Origin: an uncultured Chloroflexia bacterium
GTDB lineage: Bacteria; Chloroflexota; Anaerolineae; Anaerolineales; Anaerolineaceae
NCBI GenBank assembly: GCA_963704755.1
Contig: OY969938.1
Coordinates: 1,800,001-1,832,000, forward strand
Length of the DNA: 32,000 nt
Reading direction: 5' to 3'
Within the stretch, counting starts at the first letter, position 1, and each line of letters begins with the position of its first letter. Below are positions 28,954 to 32,000 of the stretch, piece by piece. Both the position numbers and the translations under genes were made by a program. The notes beneath the pieces were generated by a model. It was given only the letters and a program-made list of their open reading frames with translations. It ran no database searches and had not been told where the DNA came from.

Positions 28954-30375
28954 TTAACTCTTCTTCGTCCCGCGTTTACTCGGACTGGCCGGCGGGATGG
29001 CCATATAGGGCGGCGCCGTAATTGCATAGATATTGCAGATGCGCTTATCCAGCATCCGGCTGCGGATGCGCGGGTCGATTTCGCTCATTTCCTGCGGTGT
29101 CGTGATCACCGTAGGCAGCTTGGCGTTATAACGGTAATTAAGCAATTGGAATAGCTTTTCGCGCGCCCATGGGGTGGCGCTCTGCGTGCCCAGGTCGTCC
29201 AAAATCAACAAGGGCGCCGTGCGGACTTCCTCGAAACGCCGGTCGTAAGGCACGGTGCTGTTCGGCGAAAAGGTCGCGCGCAAATAATCCAGCAGCTCGG
29301 GCACCCCCACAAAGATCGGCAATTCCCCCATCGCTTTGCGGTAGTTGCCAATCGCGGCCGCCAGGTGCGTCTTGCCGGTAAAATAATCGCCGATGAAGAC
29401 CAGCCAGCCTTGAGGCGTTTCGGCAAATTGAGCGGCTGCGTTGAAGGCCTTTTGCAGGCTCTGCTGCTCCTCCCGCGGGATGCGCTCATATTCGCGCATC
29501 GAGAAAGAAGCCAGCGTGCGATCACTCAACTGGGCCAGGGACGAGACCGCCGAGGCGTTATCGTCGTTGACCGGCGAGCGATAATCCGGGGCATTGATCT
29601 CCACCTGGTGGCATAGGTCGGGGTCCTGCAAACGTGAAGATATCCGCCCATCGATCTCCCCCATCGACAGGTTGGTGGTCACCACCAGCGGCAGATGATT
29701 GGTATAACGGTAGTTGATGATCTGGTACAGTTTTTCCCCCGCCCAGGCGGTGGCGTTTTGAGTGCCCAGGTCATCCAGTACCAGCAGGCGGATGTCACGG
29801 ATCTCGTCCAGGCGCTCCTCGAAGGTCATATCGCTGCCGGAGAACGAACTGCGCAGCCAATCCAGTAAATCGGGCACGGTCAAAAACAGCGTCGGTACCC
29901 CCAGATCCACCGCAAAATTGGCGATTGCCGCCGCCAAATGGGTTTTACCGCTGCCGTACGGGCCGGTCATCATCAGCCAGCCTTCCAAATGTTGGGCAAA
30001 CTGGTTGGCCTGGTTGTAGGCAAATTGCAGCGAATGGACCTGCTGATCTCCCAGCCCCAGCCTGCCCTGGACGTTAAACGTATCAAAAGTCATCTCGCGG
30101 AAAGCATTCAGGTTGCTCAAGCGGTACAGGCGCGTGCGCTCAGTACGCATTACTTCGCGTTGCCGGCAGGAACAGATTTCCACCTTGCCAAAATCCGGGT
30201 CGCCAATCGGCAGTTCGCGGCGGATAAAGCCGACGCCGTGACAGATCGGGCAGTTTGGGTCGCCGGGCAATCCCGCGACAGGGGTAGGCGGTTCAGTGTT
30301 CGATGAACTCGCCGTATTCTCCCTGGACATACCGGCGGCGATCTTTTTGAGACTTTCCTCGATTGGCTTCGTCAT
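28954..30375 (-). CDS. Helicase-loader-like protein with an N-terminal zinc ribbon and two tandem DnaC/DnaI/IstB-type AAA+ modules
   Basis: 473-aa ORF with GGAG 8 nt upstream of the ATG. Cys cluster CPICHG...EICSC. Module 1: GPYGSGKTHLAAAI, LLVLDDLGTQ, VVTTN, RISSRL. Module 2: GDYFTGKTHLAAAI, LLILDDLGTQ, VITTP, RIRSRM. The two modules align over ~170 aa. Confidence 0.8.
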   Translation of the reverse strand: MTKPIEESLKKIAAGMSRENTASSSNTEPPTPVAGLPGDPNCPICHGVGFIRRELPIGDPDFGKVEICSCRQREVMRTERTRLYRLSNLNAFREMTFDTFNVQGRLGLGDQQVHSLQFAYNQANQFAQHLEGWLMMTGPYGSGKTHLAAAIANFAVDLGVPTLFLTVPDLLDWLRSSFSGSDMTFEERLDEIRDIRLLVLDDLGTQNATAWAGEKLYQIINYRYTNHLPLVVTTNLSMGEIDGRISSRLQDPDLCHQVEINAPDYRSPVNDDNASAVSSLAQLSDRTLASFSMREYERIPREEQQSLQKAFNAAAQFAETPQGWLVFIGDYFTGKTHLAAAIGNYRKAMGELPIFVGVPELLDYLRATFSPNSTVPYDRRFEEVRTAPLLILDDLGTQSATPWAREKLFQLLNYRYNAKLPTVITTPQEMSEIDPRIRSRMLDKRICNIYAITAPPYMAIPPASPSKRGTKKS

Positions 30376-30997
30376 GCTCTTTCTCCAGGCGAGACTTTAA
30401 TATTGCTTCTACATAGCGCCACCGGCGCACGTTGCTCTCCACGGCCGCGCGAATGGCCGCTTCGATCCAGTCCATGGGGTAAGTCAACTCGGCTTCCCGC
30501 AAGGATTCGGCGATCATGGGCGTCAACGGGCCGATGTTTTGTTCGTACAAACGGTAGATATTCGGCCGCTCAACCTCCAGGTTCAAGGTGGAACGGTCGA
30601 TTTGTTCGGGAAACCATTGGCGGTCCTTCAAAGCAGCGACGGCCGCCCGGCCCCGCGGTGAATTGAGAAAATACAGGTCATCCTGCGGCCCGCCCTCGGC
30701 CAGGCTGACCTTGAGCAGCGTACCGCGTTGGACGGTGCGCTCCATCCCATCGCGCAGGCGATCCAGCGCCTGTTCGGGGTCGCGGCTAAGGCTTTCCATC
30801 AGAACCCGGTCACTCGAAAAATCGGCCAGGCGCAGGTAGCGGAACTCCCCTTCCAGGCGATCCAGCGCCCAGAAGGCGTACAGGGTAACCTTGAGCTCGC
30901 CCAGGTGATCGATTTCAGGCAGCAGCTCGCTAAAAAATTCGACCGGCAGCGGGGTCAGGTGCGTCTTGCCGGCCGGGAACCCGCTAAATCTACTCAT
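30293..30997 (-). CDS. DnaD-domain (replisome organiser / DnaB_2-like) protein
   Basis: 234-aa ORF with GGGGGA 6 nt upstream of the ATG. C-terminal DnaD-domain pattern IYRLYEQNIGPLTPMIAESL.EAE..YP.DWIEAAIRAAVESNVRRWRYVEAIL. Starts 11 nt after the dnaB stop. Confidence 0.7.
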   Translation of the reverse strand: MSRFSGFPAGKTHLTPLPVEFFSELLPEIDHLGELKVTLYAFWALDRLEGEFRYLRLADFSSDRVLMESLSRDPEQALDRLRDGMERTVQRGTLLKVSLAEGGPQDDLYFLNSPRGRAAVAALKDRQWFPEQIDRSTLNLEVERPNIYRLYEQNIGPLTPMIAESLREAELTYPMDWIEAAIRAAVESNVRRWRYVEAILKSRLEKEHDEANRGKSQKDRRRYVQGEYGEFIEH

Positions 30998-31008
30998 ATC
31001 TAATCCCC

Positions 31009-32000
31009 CTATCCATGCGATTCGACCTGGAAGGCCGGGGCAGCGTTTTCGAAGCGGGCTAGCCGGTCCAGGAAGACCAGCTCGATCCCCGGGTGGGTCG
31101 GACCATTCCGGTGCTTTGCCACGATAATTTCGGCAATATTCTTGCGCGGATTATCCTTCTCGAGCGCATCCGGCCGGTTGATGAACATGACGATGTCTGC
31201 GTCCTGCTCCAGCGAGCCTGATTCGCGCAGGTCCGAGAGGACCGGACGCTTGTCCGCGCGCTGCTCGACTGCACGTGAAAGCTGGGCAGCCGCGAGTACC
31301 GGCACGTTCAGCTCGCGGGCCAGGACCTTCAGGTTACGGGAAATATAAGATACCTCCTGGACGCGGTTATCGTTACGGGTATCCCCCGACATAAGCTGCA
31401 AATAGTCCACAATGACCAGGTCCAGGCTGTACTCCAGGTGCAGCCGGCGGCACTTGGTGCGCAACTGCAAAGGCGTGATGGCCGGGGTATCATCCAGCCA
31501 GATGTGGGTATCGCTCAATACTTCGATGGCGTGGGTGAACAGCGGCCACTCGTCGTCGCCCAGCTTGCCGGTCCGCAGATGCTGGGTATCGATGCCGGTC
31601 TCCTGAGCGATCAGGCGCTGGACGAGCTGTTCGGCCGACATTTCCAGCGAAAAGATCGCCACGTGTTTTTTGTGGCGCTGGGCGGCATTTTTGGCCACGG
31701 AGAGCAGAAAACCGGTTTTACCCATACCCGGCCGCCCGGCGATAATCAGCAGGTCTGATTTTTGCAAACCACCCAGCAGGGTATCCAGGTCCTTCAACCC
31801 GGTGGGCACCCCAAAAATATCCTCGTCGCGCTTGGAAAGTTCATCGATCCGGTCGAAGTAATCACTCAAAACCGTTTGGATCGATTGCAAATCGTGCTGT
31901 GCACGGCGCTCGCTGAGGCTGAAAACCGATTTTTCGGCTTCGTCGATGATGGTATCCACGCTGCGCTGCTGGTCGAAGGCCAGCTTGGCCATCTCGTTGG
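31009..32000 (-). CDS. dnaB: Replicative DNA helicase DnaB, C-terminal RecA-like domain (N-terminus outside the window)
   Basis: Walker A GRPGMGKTGF, Walker B LVIVDYLQLM, then SRNLKVLARELNVPVLAAAQLSRAVE and LRESGSLEQDADIVMF. The frame stays open to the window edge, so the Met at 31992 is internal. Confidence 0.9.
   Translation of the reverse strand, partial: NEMAKLAFDQQRSVDTIIDEAEKSVFSLSERRAQHDLQSIQTVLSDYFDRIDELSKRDEDIFGVPTGLKDLDTLLGGLQKSDLLIIAGRPGMGKTGFLLSVAKNAAQRHKKHVAIFSLEMSAEQLVQRLIAQETGIDTQHLRTGKLGDDEWPLFTHAIEVLSDTHIWLDDTPAITPLQLRTKCRRLHLEYSLDLVIVDYLQLMSGDTRNDNRVQEVSYISRNLKVLARELNVPVLAAAQLSRAVEQRADKRPVLSDLRESGSLEQDADIVMFINRPDALEKDNPRKNIAEIIVAKHRNGPTHPGIELVFLDRLARFENAAPAFQVESHG

Noticed and set aside
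28741-29154. ORFs 28741-28923 (minus, 60 aa) and 28834-29154 (plus, 106 aa) as genes.
   Set aside because: The plus ORF is recognisable only over its first 40 codons (DUF559 remnant); after that it runs antisense into the loader gene. The minus ORF is antisense to the remnant and has no features.

Overview
GC-rich bacterial chromosomal segment. The taxon cannot be determined from the sequence alone; gene content loosely suggests an environmental Chloroflexota-like organism (low confidence). I can support 25 protein-coding genes, 2 gene remnants, and several repeat or hairpin elements.

Gene layout, left to right:
- 1-240: 3-prime end of araA.
- 261-7355 (minus): translationally coupled phosphorelay operon. 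A 1867-aa TPR/6xGAF hybrid histidine kinase with two receivers, then an Hpt protein, then a receiver-PP2C phosphatase.
- 7618-14055 (plus): TetR regulator, two ABC-2 permeases, two ABC ATPases and a lipoprotein HlyD-type adaptor. This resembles E. coli CecR-YbhGFSR.
- 14056-15728: non-coding repeat array (see below).
- 15729-22780: VOC/glyoxalase gene, a large P-loop NTPase with a C-terminal HTH, two SnoaL-like proteins, two small membrane proteins (one SemiSWEET-like), a DUF120-like protein and a PRC-barrel lipoprotein.
- 22918-25419: more AT-rich patch with a sortase-like gene and a pRiA4b ORF-3 family gene.
- 25649-28953: BNR/Asp-box repeat protein, a PhzF-family protein and a DUF559 remnant.
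- 28954-32000 (minus): replication operon dnaB - dnaD-like - dnaC/dnaI-like.

Most unusual observations:
1. A 1.67-kb non-coding array between two convergent genes. It holds six copies of a 185-186 bp element with perfect 22-bp terminal inverted repeats starting GTAGG (REP/BIME/REPIN-like or MITE-like). Three copies of a ~110 bp companion element are interleaved.
2. Inside that array, a 378-bp duplication (period exactly 1140 bp) includes the last 52 codons of the HlyD-type gene. All three coding differences between the copies are synonymous.
3. The helicase-loader gene encodes two complete DnaC/DnaI-like AAA+ modules in one polypeptide.
4. A family of long, near-perfect palindromes with AT-rich stems lies in intergenic gaps. 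Their geometry is wrong for intrinsic terminators.

No CRISPR array, tRNA, rRNA, transposase, integrase or reverse transcriptase is visible in this window.
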